A stretch of DNA of 63,481 nt, the filler included, from Octopus bimaculoides (taxonomy: Eukaryota): NCBI RefSeq assembly GCF_001194135.2. It is 6 parts of 5 records of this genome, joined end to end, with 100 filler letters (N's around TTAATTAATTAA, not from the genome) between each part and the next. Parts side by side here need not be neighbours in the genome. Positions count along the whole stretch, not along the records: positions 1 to 29,884 come from NC_068982.1; 5 more parts are not named here. One strand, written 5' to 3'. Positions 11,361-23,939 of the stretch are shown here, one piece after another. The position numbers and the translations under genes were made by a program. The number at the start of each line of letters is the position of its first letter. Positions within the stretch are counted from its first letter, which is position 1. The notes beneath the pieces were generated by a model. That model was not told the origin of the DNA and did no database searches. It saw nothing but the letters and a program-made list of their open reading frames with translations.

Positions 11361-14300
11361 ATACATACAAACTCAATGGATTTGTAGTATTATTAGTTCT
11401 GAGTAAAATATTCCAATATTTAGCTACAGTTGTGCATTCAAATCTCGTGGACGTTAACTGCCTACTTTTATTCGGAGCCTATAAAATAAGGCACCAGCTA
11501 AATACTGGAGTCTCTTTCATATTCTCATAAAGTATGTGAACGGAGTTATAACAGAAGAGTATATACATGCTCACTACTTATAATGAATAGATTAAACTTA
11601 ATTATTAGCCTATAACACTAAATCAAAAGAAACACCTCTAGAAAGTTAGGACCTAATTATTTAAACTGCACATTTTTTTCTATTAAATCTCTTTAACTGA
11701 CATTCATAATGTTAATTAAATTTTGTGAAACATGACAAAGGAAATAAAATTATTTGAATGTCTTTCAAACATGAAACACATTACACTTTCAAATGAAATG
11801 ATAAGTGTGAAACTTTTGAGATAGAGAAATTAGTTTGGCATATTTTCAGAACGTTGGAAGTTTTTACTATAGCAATTTCTTTAATGTCGTAATAATGAAG
11901 GGGAAAGTTTCTTCTCTTATCTGCAAAGATCAAATATAATGTAATTCTGTTATGATTGAGTATCGTTAGACATATGTAAAAAAAATATTTATTTAGCATT
12001 AAAGCTAATTATGAAATATTCGGTTTTATCCCGCTAGGTGGAATAAATGCATACTGGTACTAATTGGAATTAAACAACACTGAAAAATGATGTACCTAGT
12101 TCTGATTAGCATGAAATATATAATCAATATACCCAATATCATCTAGACCAGTCTTGCGAGGATATGGCACAGATTTCTTTTGATTAGGCATAAGATAAAA
12201 AAATATTTAGGGTTGCGATAATGAAGCATTGTAACAAAATTTATAATTTTACATTCAAAACCGTTCTGTAAATCAACGATGTTGAAGTTTTATATAAATA
12301 TAATTTTTGGGCATATATTTAACAACGAAGATATGATTGTATTATTGTTATTATTTCATTAATCTTTCAGTTATACCATTGTTTTGAGTGCAGAAATTGA
12401 CCCTTCTGTTATTTAAAGCCTCCTCTCGAGTCGATATACATAATACGTATATACATGTATATATACGTATATATTTGGCTATATGTGTATATGTTTATAT
12501 ATATATATATAGTAGGAAGATTAGGCTTTATAAAAATGCATTACAAAATGCAAACAGGTTTCTTACGCAGTGAAAAAAATGTTAGAGTAAATCTTGTTGA
12601 ACTGAACAGAGAATGTAGATAAAAATTTCTTTACATTTACGTGAATAAACAGCAAACCTCTCCATGAATTATTTTGATAGCATTCACTCCCTGTGGAAAT
12701 TTTAGCTATTTAGATTTTAGGATTGTTTTTGTCGGCTGTTGAAATCGAAACACAGAAATAGATCAAATGTTCTGTTAGGTAGCGTAAAAAAACGTGGTAG
12801 AAAAGCATATCTGAGAACAATGCCACTGAATGAGCCGATAATAAAACATTCCAGACTGGGTGCGTCCTAACATCTGCAAATACCGTAGTTTTGATGGAAC
12901 AATTAGCAATTATCTAATAATATAAAGATGCATTAATTTTCAGTGTAAATGCACCTGAGTAAACGGCATAATAAACGGATGGGCATTTGAATTCTGGGAA
13001 GTAGAAGATCAGTGGCAAGATTTTAGTTGGTGAGCTATGTGGGCAGATACTGAATCAACAAAGATCGGAAGCCTAACAGTTTGAGCTGGTCTAATAAAAA
13101 ATGTTTTTTACATACTGATGCAGAAGATTATTCAAGCACAGGCAGAGATTTTGAATGAAAAATGAAATGTTTTTAATCATTCTCACATGAGCTCGATCCT
13201 TTACCATGTGGTATCCAGATTAAAACGTTGACAACATCTGAAAAGCGATGCTATTGCTCAACTAAGGTACCACAGCACAACCGATATGCAAATCTCAGCT
13301 TGCCCAGGCATCCTTGAGACCAGAATCTTTGGCGTACAATCATAGTTTTTATCATTATGGATTTACAAAGAACTTCAGCAATGACTAGGTCAGTCTATCT
13401 AAAATGCATAAGTTTTAAGATTCGAACCATGATAAAAGATCAGTTCACGTGACTCATTCACGAATGCATTCTTTAATAACGGCCAGATTCTGACGTCCGG
13501 ATCTTAGCAAAATTTCCGTAACTGCTAAATCTTCAGCATCCATAGACGTAATTCAACAGAATCAACATATCAGGCATAACTGTGTGGTTAGAAAAAATTA
13601 TTTCACAGTCACGTGGTTTCGGATTCAGTTCCACTTCGAATTTCTTAGGCAATTCACAAATACTATAGCCTTGGTTTGACAGGTGCCCTTCAAGTAAATT
13701 TGACAGCAGAAAGGAATTGTATAGAGGCCAATAATGAAATCTGATCGTTTGATCTAGTTCTGTAAACCATGACGACTGATGACCAATCTCAACCTAATAA
13801 GTGATCTCTATCTAGGAAGTTAGCACAGTCTTATCGATGTTACTAGTGTCTTTATATATGAAACAATTTAATGTCATTGTTTCAGTAAGAAATATCATAT
13901 TATTCCATTACTCGCTGCTTTCATGGAAGACCATTAGATATAAAATAATGTTCAGATTAAAATATATTTCGATTGAATTTGACAAAAGTAACAGAATATG
14001 AAGTCTATGCATATTTTTCAGCATATTGGTTAAAGGTGGAAGTTATTATTACCTTTATTCGTTTTAAGGTCTTATGATTTTCACTTGTTCTGCATTAGCA
14101 TTTGTATATATATACAACTTTCGTGCAATGAACCCATCTCCAAACAATTTGATTTAGATATAGATTGAATACGTTCAGACAGGACATCAGCTGTTTAGTT
14201 CTGAGCCAAAGTAGATTTGTTCCTCCCTCTGTATTGTTTCTTTCCTTGGATATTAATTGAAATTCATGAAGATAATATAACTTTAGACTGAATATTTATC

Positions 14301-15420
14301 TTCAAGCGAAATATTACTTTTAGAAAATTGGCCAGATCTTGAGATGAATAGTGTAGAAAACAGAAGCATTACTTTTCTCTCCGCTTGAGTAGAATTTAAT
14401 TCACTCTCATAATCTAATGAACCTATCGAACTGAAATACCCCAATTACTCCTTTTCCAATATATTTATTTCCTTCTCTATAAGCAATTATTCAGATAACT
14501 ATCTACCAACTTTCTATGACTGGTAATTGTATCGTGTGTTGATACTGTATTGTACAATGCTCTCTACTACTAAAAGACTGCTAAAATACTATTTATTTAC
14601 AATTTTCAGAGTCTTCAGTAACCTGAAAAGGTTTGTTAATGTTTATCTTGTCGAAGTTAATTTTGTAGGTGGAAAATATACTGTAAATTGAATCCACCAA
14701 GTATATTCCTGGCATTTCTTAGATAATACACTATACGCGAACTATAATAAAAAGACTAAAGCATATAAGACTTACGTAATCCACAATCCTATAAAAGAAA
14801 TTCTATTTGCAAAGATAATTTAATTCTATTTGCAACTGTCTGAATCTCAATGTAACCTATGTATATTCTGAATTCAAAATTCAGATATTGAATAAAGTTT
14901 ATTATTAGTCTAGATATAGAGAAAAATAAGCTATCTACTATTAAAATCTCGAAAATTTTTTGGCTAGTAATATTAATGGATTGCATTATTGTGATTATAG
15001 TTATTTTCAATAACACGCATTGAGAAATTTTAGCTTTCTTTTGTGTTTCATGCTTTCCCTCAAGAATCTTAGCGTTTGTCTACTAAATATGTCTTCAGCC
15101 ACGAAAATCAAAAGTAAAAGACAGCGAAAAGAACCTGACTGAAAATGATACAAAAATATTTAGAGAAATAAAAGATAGTTATTAACGATGTTGAACATAT
15201 GATAAAACAGTGGCATATGAACACCAAATTATCCAAGAGCCATTGCTTATCAAGAAGGGGAGATGGATCAGGATGAAATAACTCAAAATCATTTCCTAAC
15301 AAATAATTTCCTGAAAATGATGATACTACTTATAGCCGGAAATGAATACAAGGGCAGTATCAAGTTGTTGAAAATAAAATGTCACCTCACCCAAGCATCC
15401 CGTTATCCACCAGTAATATT

Positions 15421-15633
15421 GATTTCAAATTTTGGTACAAGGCCAATAATTTCGAGGAAAACAGTAAGTCGATTACATCGATCCCAGTGCTCAACAGGTA
15501 CTTATTTTATGAACCTTGAAAGGATGAAAGGCAAAGCTAATCTCGGCAGTATTTGAACTCAGAATATGAAGACGGACGAAATGCCGCTTCGCATTTTGTC
15601 CGGCGCGCTAACGATTCTACCAGCTCGTCACCT
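15421..15633 (-). mobile_element. SINE family B
   Basis: Reverse complement of the family B sequence (ggcggcgagctggcagaa...gttcaaattcc...gaggtcgactttgcctttcatcc). Confidence 0.85.
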
Positions 15634-15651
15634 TTATCTGCCAGTAATATT

Positions 15652-15868
15652 AGTTCCACATTTTCGCACAAGGCCAGGAATTTTTTGGGGGAGGGTGTTA
15701 GTCGATTATTTCGATTCCAGTATTCAACTGGTACTTAATTTATCGACCTCCAAAAGGATGAAAGGCAAAGTTGACCTCGACGTAATTTGAACCCAGAGTG
15801 TGCAGACAGACGAAATGTCACCAAGCATTTTGCCTGGTGTGCTAACAATTCTGCCAGTTTGCCGCCTT
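15652..15868 (-). mobile_element. SINE family B
   Basis: Same family, in tandem with the 15421-15633 copy. Confidence 0.85.
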
Positions 15869-15899
15869 TTATTCCTCCAGTAATATTAATATGTTGTTT

Positions 15900-16125
15900 A
15901 GGCGGCGAGCTGGCGGAATTGTTATCACGCCGAGTAAAATGCTTAGCAGTATTCTGTCCGTCGTTACGTTCTGGATTCAAATTCCACCGAGGTCGACTTT
16001 GCCTTTCATCCTTTCGGGGTCGATAAAATAAGTACCAGTTGAATCCTGGTGTCGATCTAATCGACTTCCCCACTTCCCTACTTCCCCCAAAATTGCTGGC
16101 CGTGTGCCAAAACTTGAAATCAATA
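15900..16125 (+). mobile_element. SINE family B
   Basis: Head ggcggcgagctggcggaa, B-box-like ggattcaaattcc, tail gtgccaaaacttgaaatcaatatt. Confidence 0.85.
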
Positions 16126-18168
16126 TTAATACATTGTTTTATATTGACATACATTCTAATACTTTATATGAAGATAAATAGCACATCGTAACAGTCATGT
16201 TTATTTCTATTAGTGAACTTACCACCGAAATATTATTTCGTTGCAACATATGTAATAAAACGTATTGAAACATTAAGTATGAGTATTTAAGTTAAATATA
16301 TTATGTAAGGAGAAATGATCAACCTTACCTTAAAGGGATTTTGAATTAAAACACAAGTTTTGTGAAAAGAAAGCTTGTGGTAGCCGGGAGATCGCAGCTT
16401 CGAGTTGAATTACACCACTTTTCTATTATGCATATTGAGAAATATAACACTTTACAAGTTATGTTCGACCATTATATTGATCAATGATAGAACCCGTATG
16501 TAGGTATAGCTTTCCAAAGAATAGTTGAGGATAACGCCACAAATCCACATTGTACCTAACTGCAAGCTAACAAATTATATCTGTGTGGCGGATGTACGCT
16601 ACACATATATAATTTATTTGTCGTAGTAGCAAATATTAAGGACATGATATGATTAGTTCTTTTTCTTAGCTATTTTCGACGAATCAAATTGCTTCGTTTG
16701 GCACGAGTTGTTTTTGCTGACAAACACGCCTGACTTTTGATCATCAGCTATCGCTATTTTATGTTCGTCCTTAAAACTGTTACAGAGAAGAATTTAGCCA
16801 ATTTGGAGCACGCATACTGATATTTCACTAAACAAAGCAGTTATATTGTTGCTGTCAGAATCTTTTCTAGTCATTTTGAAGACAGTGGCTATTCAACCAT
16901 ATCGATATTGTTATCAGATATCATAACAGTCTTCTTCAGAACGATACTAACCGTCGTTAACGGATTTGGAAATACACGCCACCTCATTGTGAGCCTAAAA
17001 CCTGACCACGCGACAGCTAGCACGTCTCCTACGGATCAATTCGAATAACAGTTGGCATTCACAACTAGTGCAACAGATAGCTTACGAAGTGCTTCACCGG
17101 AGAGACTAGATATCTCTTTCCACGAATTATAAATATTTCAATTATTAATTTGCTTACGATGGTTTGAGAGACGCTGCACACTATCGGTGCCTCGTTTGCA
17201 GAGGCGAAAAATTTATTAATATCAGTATCATGCATTATTTTTTCTCCAGTGTGATTAAAAATACAACAGACTGAACTTGTTTTGAATAGACACAAACCTT
17301 ATATTTTCGACAAGAGGAAACGGAATGTTATGATATTCATTTGTTTTTTTTTTGTCATGACATTAGTTAAATATTTTCAAGTGAAATATTTTCCAGCGAG
17401 AATCAATATTACCCACAGTTTCGGCTCATTGAGTGTTTACTTCCTCCTCTCTCTACGAATATTTCAAGTATCAGTCAATACGTTACATCACTCTCATGAA
17501 GTATAATTTACATTTAAGAAGAAAACAAAAATGCATTATTTGCTTCCAAAGGTATGGTGAAATTTCTGGCATCACTTCCGTCTTACTGATTTGTTACGTT
17601 TTATTTTCAACCACATTTAAAGCAGATGTTATTTTTATGTTTGTCAATTCTAGAAGAATTAGAAGATACCAATTTCCAAACCTAAAACAATTTTTCACTC
17701 AGATGATCGCATTATTGCCGTTAAACCAAACGGAAACCTGCAATGGTATTGCCACTTTAATTAAAAGCCATACTATCGCATTTCATATGAACAAGTTTGT
17801 AAATAGAATGGAAATTGATCGAAATTTTAGTGGGAATGAATAAAATTTTAAAGGTCCTTTATTTATTAAAATTTTAGATTTGTTGCTTTCTGAATGTTGA
17901 AAACAAGATACACAGAGAGGCGAGGTTCTCCCACCTTGGTGAATTTGATTCTTAACAATAATGCAATGAATTAAAAAAGGATCAGATGTACAAGGAACCT
18001 AAAAGATGCCGGTGCTAAAAAATGCTTTAGTTTTATGAGATTTTATAAACAAATTGTGTGCAATTCTGACGAAAAAATGTTTACTTTGATTCAAGGTTTA
18101 TTGTATATTACTGTTGTTGTTGTTTTGTTGCTACTATTATTATTTGGTCGATAGAAAGCAGAGTCTAT

Positions 18169-18401
18169 TAAAGCGGCGAGCTGGCAGAAACGTTAGCACG
18201 TCGGCGAAATGCTTAGCGGTATTTCGTCTGCCGTTACGATCTGAGTTCAAATTCCGCCGAGGTCGACTTTGCTTTTCATCCTTTCGGGGTCGATAAAATA
18301 AGTACCAGTTACGCATTGGGGTTGATATAATCGACTTAATCAGGTTGTCTGTCCTTATTTGTCCCCTCGGTGTGTAGCCCCTTGTGGGCAGTAAAGAAAT
18401 A
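18169..18401 (+). mobile_element. SINE family B (alternative tail) with perfect 16-bp TSD
   Basis: TSD agaaagcagagtctat at 18153-18168 and 18402-18417. Confidence 0.92.
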
Positions 18402-19611
18402 AGAAAGCAGAGTCTATGAATTAAATGTCTTCGGTGTATATAGTTACGTCCTCTCACGTTTCGAGTTTTAACCCCGTCGGGATTGACTTAGCGTCTCGTT
18501 GCAGGGTAGATAAAACAATAATAATTAAATAGTAGGGCTGATATTCTCTATATGCGTTTGTGCTGGCTTTGTATGTACCAATTCCTATATGTCGGTACAT
18601 TTTCATTCATCTCCTGGCACATATCACAACTTCCAGTGGAACAGTTTATTTCATATTTTACTTTTTTCGTGCTTCAATGTTGTCTAAAGCCAACACACAC
18701 ACACGCACACGCACACACACACACACACACACACCCACACACACACACTTGCAATTCTTCCAAAAAATTTCGGATAAAGACAATTTCTTTTTGTCTTGGC
18801 GAGTAAAACTGTCAAGGCAAAGCAGCTGCTTTATTGCTTCTACTATAACTACTGTCATTGCTTCCTCAAAATACTCACTTTCAAATGTCAAACTTGTTGA
18901 CAGTAGAAACAAAAAAACGTTTGGCGACATNNNNNNNNNNNNNNNNNNNNNNNNNNNNNNNNNNNNNNNNNNNNNNNNNNNNNNNNNNNNNNNNNNNNNN
19001 NNNNNNNNNNNNNNNNNNNNNNNNNNNNNNNNNNNNNNNNNNNNNNNNNNNNNNNNNNNNNNNNNNNNNNNNNNNNNNNNNNNNNNNNNNNNNNNNNNNN
19101 NNNNNNNNNNNNNNNNNNNNNNNNNNNNNNNNNNNNNNNNNNNNNNNNNNNNNNNNNNNNNNNNNNNNNNNNNNNNNNNNNNNNNNNNNNNNNNNNNNNN
19201 NNNNNNNNNNNNNNNNNNNNNNNNNNNNNNNNNNNNNNNNNNNNNNNNNNNNNNNNNNNNNNNNNNNNNNNNNNNNNNNNNNNNNNNNNNNNNNNNNNNN
19301 NNNNNNNNNNNNNNNNNNNNNNNNNNNNNNNNNNNNNNNNNNNNNNNNNNNNNNNNNNNNNNNNNNNNNNNNNNNNNNNNNNNNNNNNNNNNNNNNNNNN
19401 NNNNNNNNNNNNNNNNNNNNNNNNNNNNNNNNNNNNNNNNNNNNNNNNNNNNNNNNNNNNNNNNNNNNNNNNNNNNNNNNNNNNNNNNNNNNNNNNNNNN
19501 NNNNNNNNNNNNNNNNNNNNNNNNNNNNNNNNNNNNNNNNNNNNNNNNNNNNNNNNNNNNNNNNNNNNNNNNNNNNNNNNNNNNNNNNNNNNNNNNNNNN
19601 NNNNNNNNNNN

Positions 19612-19967
19612 GTGGCTCTCATGGCTTCTTATCTTAATTGATTGGAAGTGTTATCATGTACATTGTTTTGTCTTGCTATAAAAGATGGGCTACAGCAAAT
19701 ATTCCGCTCAATACCACAGATTTGCTTGTCAGTTGTTTGACCTTAACCAGTTGAGAATGTCCCTTGGTGGCTGACAATATGTGCATCTCTGATCACGAGC
19801 AGAAGTAGTGGGGGAGCATCATAGCCATGTGTTGAGAGGAATTCTTTGGGGTTTGAATAATTCACCTTTGGAAACATGGGTGTTTTGCTCAACATCCTTA
19901 AACAACCCTTATTCAGGGACTTTTTGAGCGGGATGGGCTACTCGATCTGCAGAAAATTCTAACTGGG
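19612..19967 (+). repeat. Fragment of the ~560-bp (TAA)n-embedded interspersed element (family F)
   Basis: Near-identical to the reverse complement of the 3' part of 39070-39630. Confidence 0.85.
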
Positions 19968-20392
19968 GATGAAAATTGCAAAATCCTGTGGGATGCAATG
20001 ATTCAGTGTGACCATCAGATCAGACGTTGGAAACCTGACATTGTTGTAGTGAACAAAAGCAAAATAAAAAGCAAAACACAAAAACAAAAAATGCATGATA
20101 ATCGACATAGCATGTCTCGGTGACAAAATGATCGAAGAGAAAAGCAGAACAGTGAAGAACTATGACGAATTGAAGAGAGTGGACATCATACCAATACTAA
20201 ACTGGCGCGCTTGGAAGCATCAACGCTCAACTACCAGCATGGGTCAAAAAGATTGGTACAAATGTAAAGATAGAACACTTACAAATATCATCATTGCTTG
20301 GAACTGCAAGAGATCTCCGCAGGGTTCTTGAAGCATGATCAGTAAACAAATTGATGTCACTTTCCAACATACTAAGCAGAATTATCATCAAA
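19968..20392 (+). mobile_element. R4/Dong-clade non-LTR retrotransposon 3' end (restriction-like endonuclease), decayed
   Basis: ENCKILWDAMIQCDHQIRRWKPDIVVVNK..CMIIDIACLGD (PD..D RLE motif), ending GTARDLRRVLEA* at 20338; followed by (CTA)n(TAA)n. Confidence 0.85.
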
Positions 20393-20394
20393 TA

Positions 20395-20445
<51 letters not shown>

Positions 20446-20463
20446 ATAATAATAATAATAATA
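20393..20463. repeat. (CTA)n-(TAA)n compound microsatellite
   Basis: Direct reading. Confidence 0.95.
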
Positions 20464-21577
20464 CCACCCCCACCACCACCACCAATTTGCTAATCACTTG
20501 TATGATTATCCACATAATAAAGGTTTCCTATGCAATTTTAGCTATGACTGTCATAGCATTTTCACATTTCTCTCCAGTGGTATATTCATATTAAAAAGCA
20601 CTTCAAATACTTCTATACGACATTAACAAAAGCTAGTCTTTCACTATCATTTCATTGTTTTACTAACAATTAAGAAAAAGCTCTTCTTATGTTTCTAATT
20701 ATAAATATTTGCGAGTTTAGTTGCTTAAAGAAATGCCTAATCGTGACAAAATAGAATAGAATATCCAAAGAATTGTTGAACAAAAATTACTGTGATTTGA
20801 CAAAAATAAATATAGTAAAAAAACAAACAAACAAACTTTCTAATTAATTCATATGAATTTCAAGATTTCAAAATAATTTTCAAGAAGTCAGTATTTTAGA
20901 TTTTATTTATAGATCAATTGTTTAATTGATTAATTAGTTCAGTTATATTTTGAGTAAAATATTTGCCCTTTAATCCGGAATGTTTTGCTTCACCAAAAAA
21001 TTAGGAGTATTCATATTACGTTTATGAATTTGTGATGCAAGATTCCTGATGTGAAAACGTGTGTTGAAACAGATATTGCTATATATCGGAATGGTAATTT
21101 TTTTTGGGGCCAAACAAACACACGCACTATATATTCCTTCTTCATTTGTTTGTTACTGTTCTTATTTTATCTTATGTCCATTGTCTGGAAATCTTTAGTC
21201 ACACATCTGTGATCTCTTCAGTGACCCTTTCCGTCCACTTGTATCTTCCTGCTCTGCTTAGTCCAGTCTGTCCTTCTATCATATATTAAAACTAATAAGA
21301 TAATTACAGATGCATATTTGATTGATCAATGCCACGAATTATGGAATATAAATCACATGGTATCTGCGTAATGAATTAAAATGACTTCTTTAACTTTGTA
21401 TTTTTTTTTAGTGATTAATTCAGAAATTAGGACCTGTAATCAAATTGTCGAAGTACAGAAAACGTATTGAAGTTCGTATGTAGTTTTATCGTCTGTAAAT
21501 CGAATTCTAAATGCTTTTCGAGCAGGTTCACAGAAATACTTAAATTATTTACTCTAGCAATATAGTAAACAAGTTGA

Positions 21578-21797
21578 AAGCAGCGAATTAGCAGACGCGT
21601 TAGCAACACCGGACAAAAATGCTTAGCGGCATTTCGTCCGTCTTTACGTTCTGAATTCAGATTCCACCGATGTTGAATTTGCCTTTCATCCTTTCGGGGT
21701 CGATGAAATAAATAACAGCGGAGTAATGGAGTCGATGTAATTGACTGACACCCTCCCTCAAAATTGCTGGCCTTGTACCAAAATTTGAAAGCAATAT
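21578..21797 (+). mobile_element. SINE family B
   Basis: Matches the 15900 copy along its length. Confidence 0.8.
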
Positions 21798-21864
21798 CGT
21801 AAAAATGTTAATGATGACATAAAGAAAATATAATATCTATTTTGTAAACTGCATGTTTATGGAA

Positions 21865-22420
21865 CGCAACTGTAGAAAGTGGAGAAGTTTAAGTATTTCG
21901 GCGCCGCATTCACGAGTGATGGGAGACAGGAGGCTGAACTGGATGCTAGATTTGCAAATACTAGTACAGTAATACATGCGCTAGTTCCAGCATTCGATCC
22001 CCAGAGGAAGAGAGATTGTTAAAGAAGATAAGCTCGCTATCTTTTAATTGGATTTTCGTACCTGTTCTCACCTATGGTTACGAATGTTGGGTAATGACAA
22101 AGAGTGCGATCGAGATTACAAGAGGGCTTTCCCGAAGAATCTTCGGATTGACCTTACTCAACAGGGTGCAAAGCTTGGAGATCAGGTAGTCGCTCCACGT
22201 CGAGCTACAACTTCTCCGTATTGAGAGATCACAGCTCCGGCATTACGTACATGTGATTAAAATGTCACAGGAAAAAGAAAAAAAAAATCACAAGACAGAT
22301 TCTTCAAACCGATTCAACCAGTAGGAGATCTAGGTATAGACCAAGAACGAGATGATGAGATAATATCCATAATTCAGCCGGAAAATTTAAATGCGGTTAC
22401 TTCTAATATGGAAGAGATGC
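21865..22420 (+). pseudogene. RTE-clade (Rex3/Expander-like) LINE 3' fragment
   Basis: KVEKFKYFGAAFTSDGRQEAELDARF...IFVPVLTYGYECWVMT...LLRIERSQLRH, with frameshifts. Confidence 0.8.
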
Positions 22421-23764
22421 CTGAAGTTTCTACGCCAGGACCGACCTAGGAATAGGTGGCAGAGAAGATGGATTGAAGTAGTAGGAAGCTGGACAAAATA
22501 TCGTACAGTAATTAGTTACCTGCCTTTATTTCCGCATTCAAATATCTCAGGAGACGATAAAATAATATCAGTTTATATTTTCGCCTGTCATTTTTTTCCA
22601 AGACGTATCTTTTCTCTAGTGCTTAGAAAGAATTAGCCTTGTTATTTTTAGCACTACCATGTGCTAATAACTTTTCTTGTTCTAGATTTCTGAGAATCTA
22701 TAATTCTCATTAGCTGCAGCTATGCTTCGTTGGGTAAACAGAACTTTTCGTTCTGCACCCCAGACATTGAAAAGGTAAAGCAAGTGAGAGGTATAGACTA
22801 TTTCAAGCAAATATTATATAAAATGGTAAGGCTATTATACTAATTTTATATTCATGTATTTTATTATATTTTTCCCAATAGAAAATATCTGCGAGATGGT
22901 ATTTTAACTAGTTCAAGTCTGAATAAAAAAATGATTATACTTTCTCACTGGGTGATAGATCATTTAGAAATATCAAACCAAAATTTAAATCAATAAAGTT
23001 ACTTGCTTCCTAAAGGTGAAATCTTAATCACTTCAAGGATATTTATTTTGAAAATATAACAAATTAAATGGCTTGCAGTAAAACTAGTTGTTTTTATTGA
23101 AATAACTGCCATTTTCATATCAAATTTTCGTTATTTTACTCCTTGTGGCAGTATCTAAATATGCATACAGAACAGATTTTTACATGATATATTTCATTGT
23201 CAACTCCAATTCGAGCTGACATTATATTTTAATTTTTTTATTTTTAGTAGCTGAATGTACTCGAAATGAGAAGAGTGATTTTTCAGAATGTGAAATAATT
23301 TCTAATTCAGTTGTTTAATTTATTGCCAGTGAGCTTAACGGATGTTAGAATGGGTTTTATTACTTCCAGTAAAGGCTATATAGTAGAATTTTAAACTAAA
23401 CGAATATAGAAACAAAGGGTTTCATATTGAAATATTTGGTGAATTTTTATTATAATGGTTTTAGATTTGTTATGAAACGAATGCTGAAAGCATAATTTAA
23501 AGACAGAACAGATGTTTCTAACTTTGTAATTTAATAACCAGTCATCTAGGCGCGTGTAATCTGAAAGATACAGATGCTGTAATAATTGCTACTGGTTTCG
23601 GAGACGCTATAACAAAATCATGAATTTAAACGAATTATGACTTCACCAGCCAAAAATTATGTTTACATCACAAAAAGACCGAATTAATTATTAAAAACGA
23701 GACAGGCATTATCTTAAATTCATTGAAATATCCTTATTATAACATAGGTGCAAGCATGGCTATG

Positions 23765-23935
23765 TAGTATAGGCGCGGGCATGACTGTGGCTAAGAAGCT
23801 TGCTTTGCAGCCTCGTGGTTTCGGGTTCAATCCCACTGCACCAATCCATGGGCAAGTGTCTTCTATTATAGCCCCGAATGCCTTGTGTGTGAATTTGATA
23901 GACGGAAAGTGTCGGAAAGCTTGTTGTGTATATGT
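23765..23935 (+). mobile_element. SINE family A, 5' half
   Basis: ggcgcgggcatgactgtggctaagaagcttgc...gggttcaatcccactgc. Confidence 0.75.
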
Positions 23936-23939
23936 ATAT

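Noticed and set aside
14380-14460. Minus-strand SLDYES, a cadherin-like LDYE motif
   Set aside because: Flanked by stops, with no DXNDN or other cadherin motifs; expected by chance
14610-14630. Possible 21-nt micro-exon (ttttcag|AGTCTTCAGTAACCTGAAAAG|gtttgt)
   Set aside because: Splice-like flanks alone are common in AT-rich DNA; no partner exons found
21185-21230. Minus-strand CTGAAGA-hairpin-TAAA near-hammerhead
   Set aside because: G12 is missing and stem I cannot form
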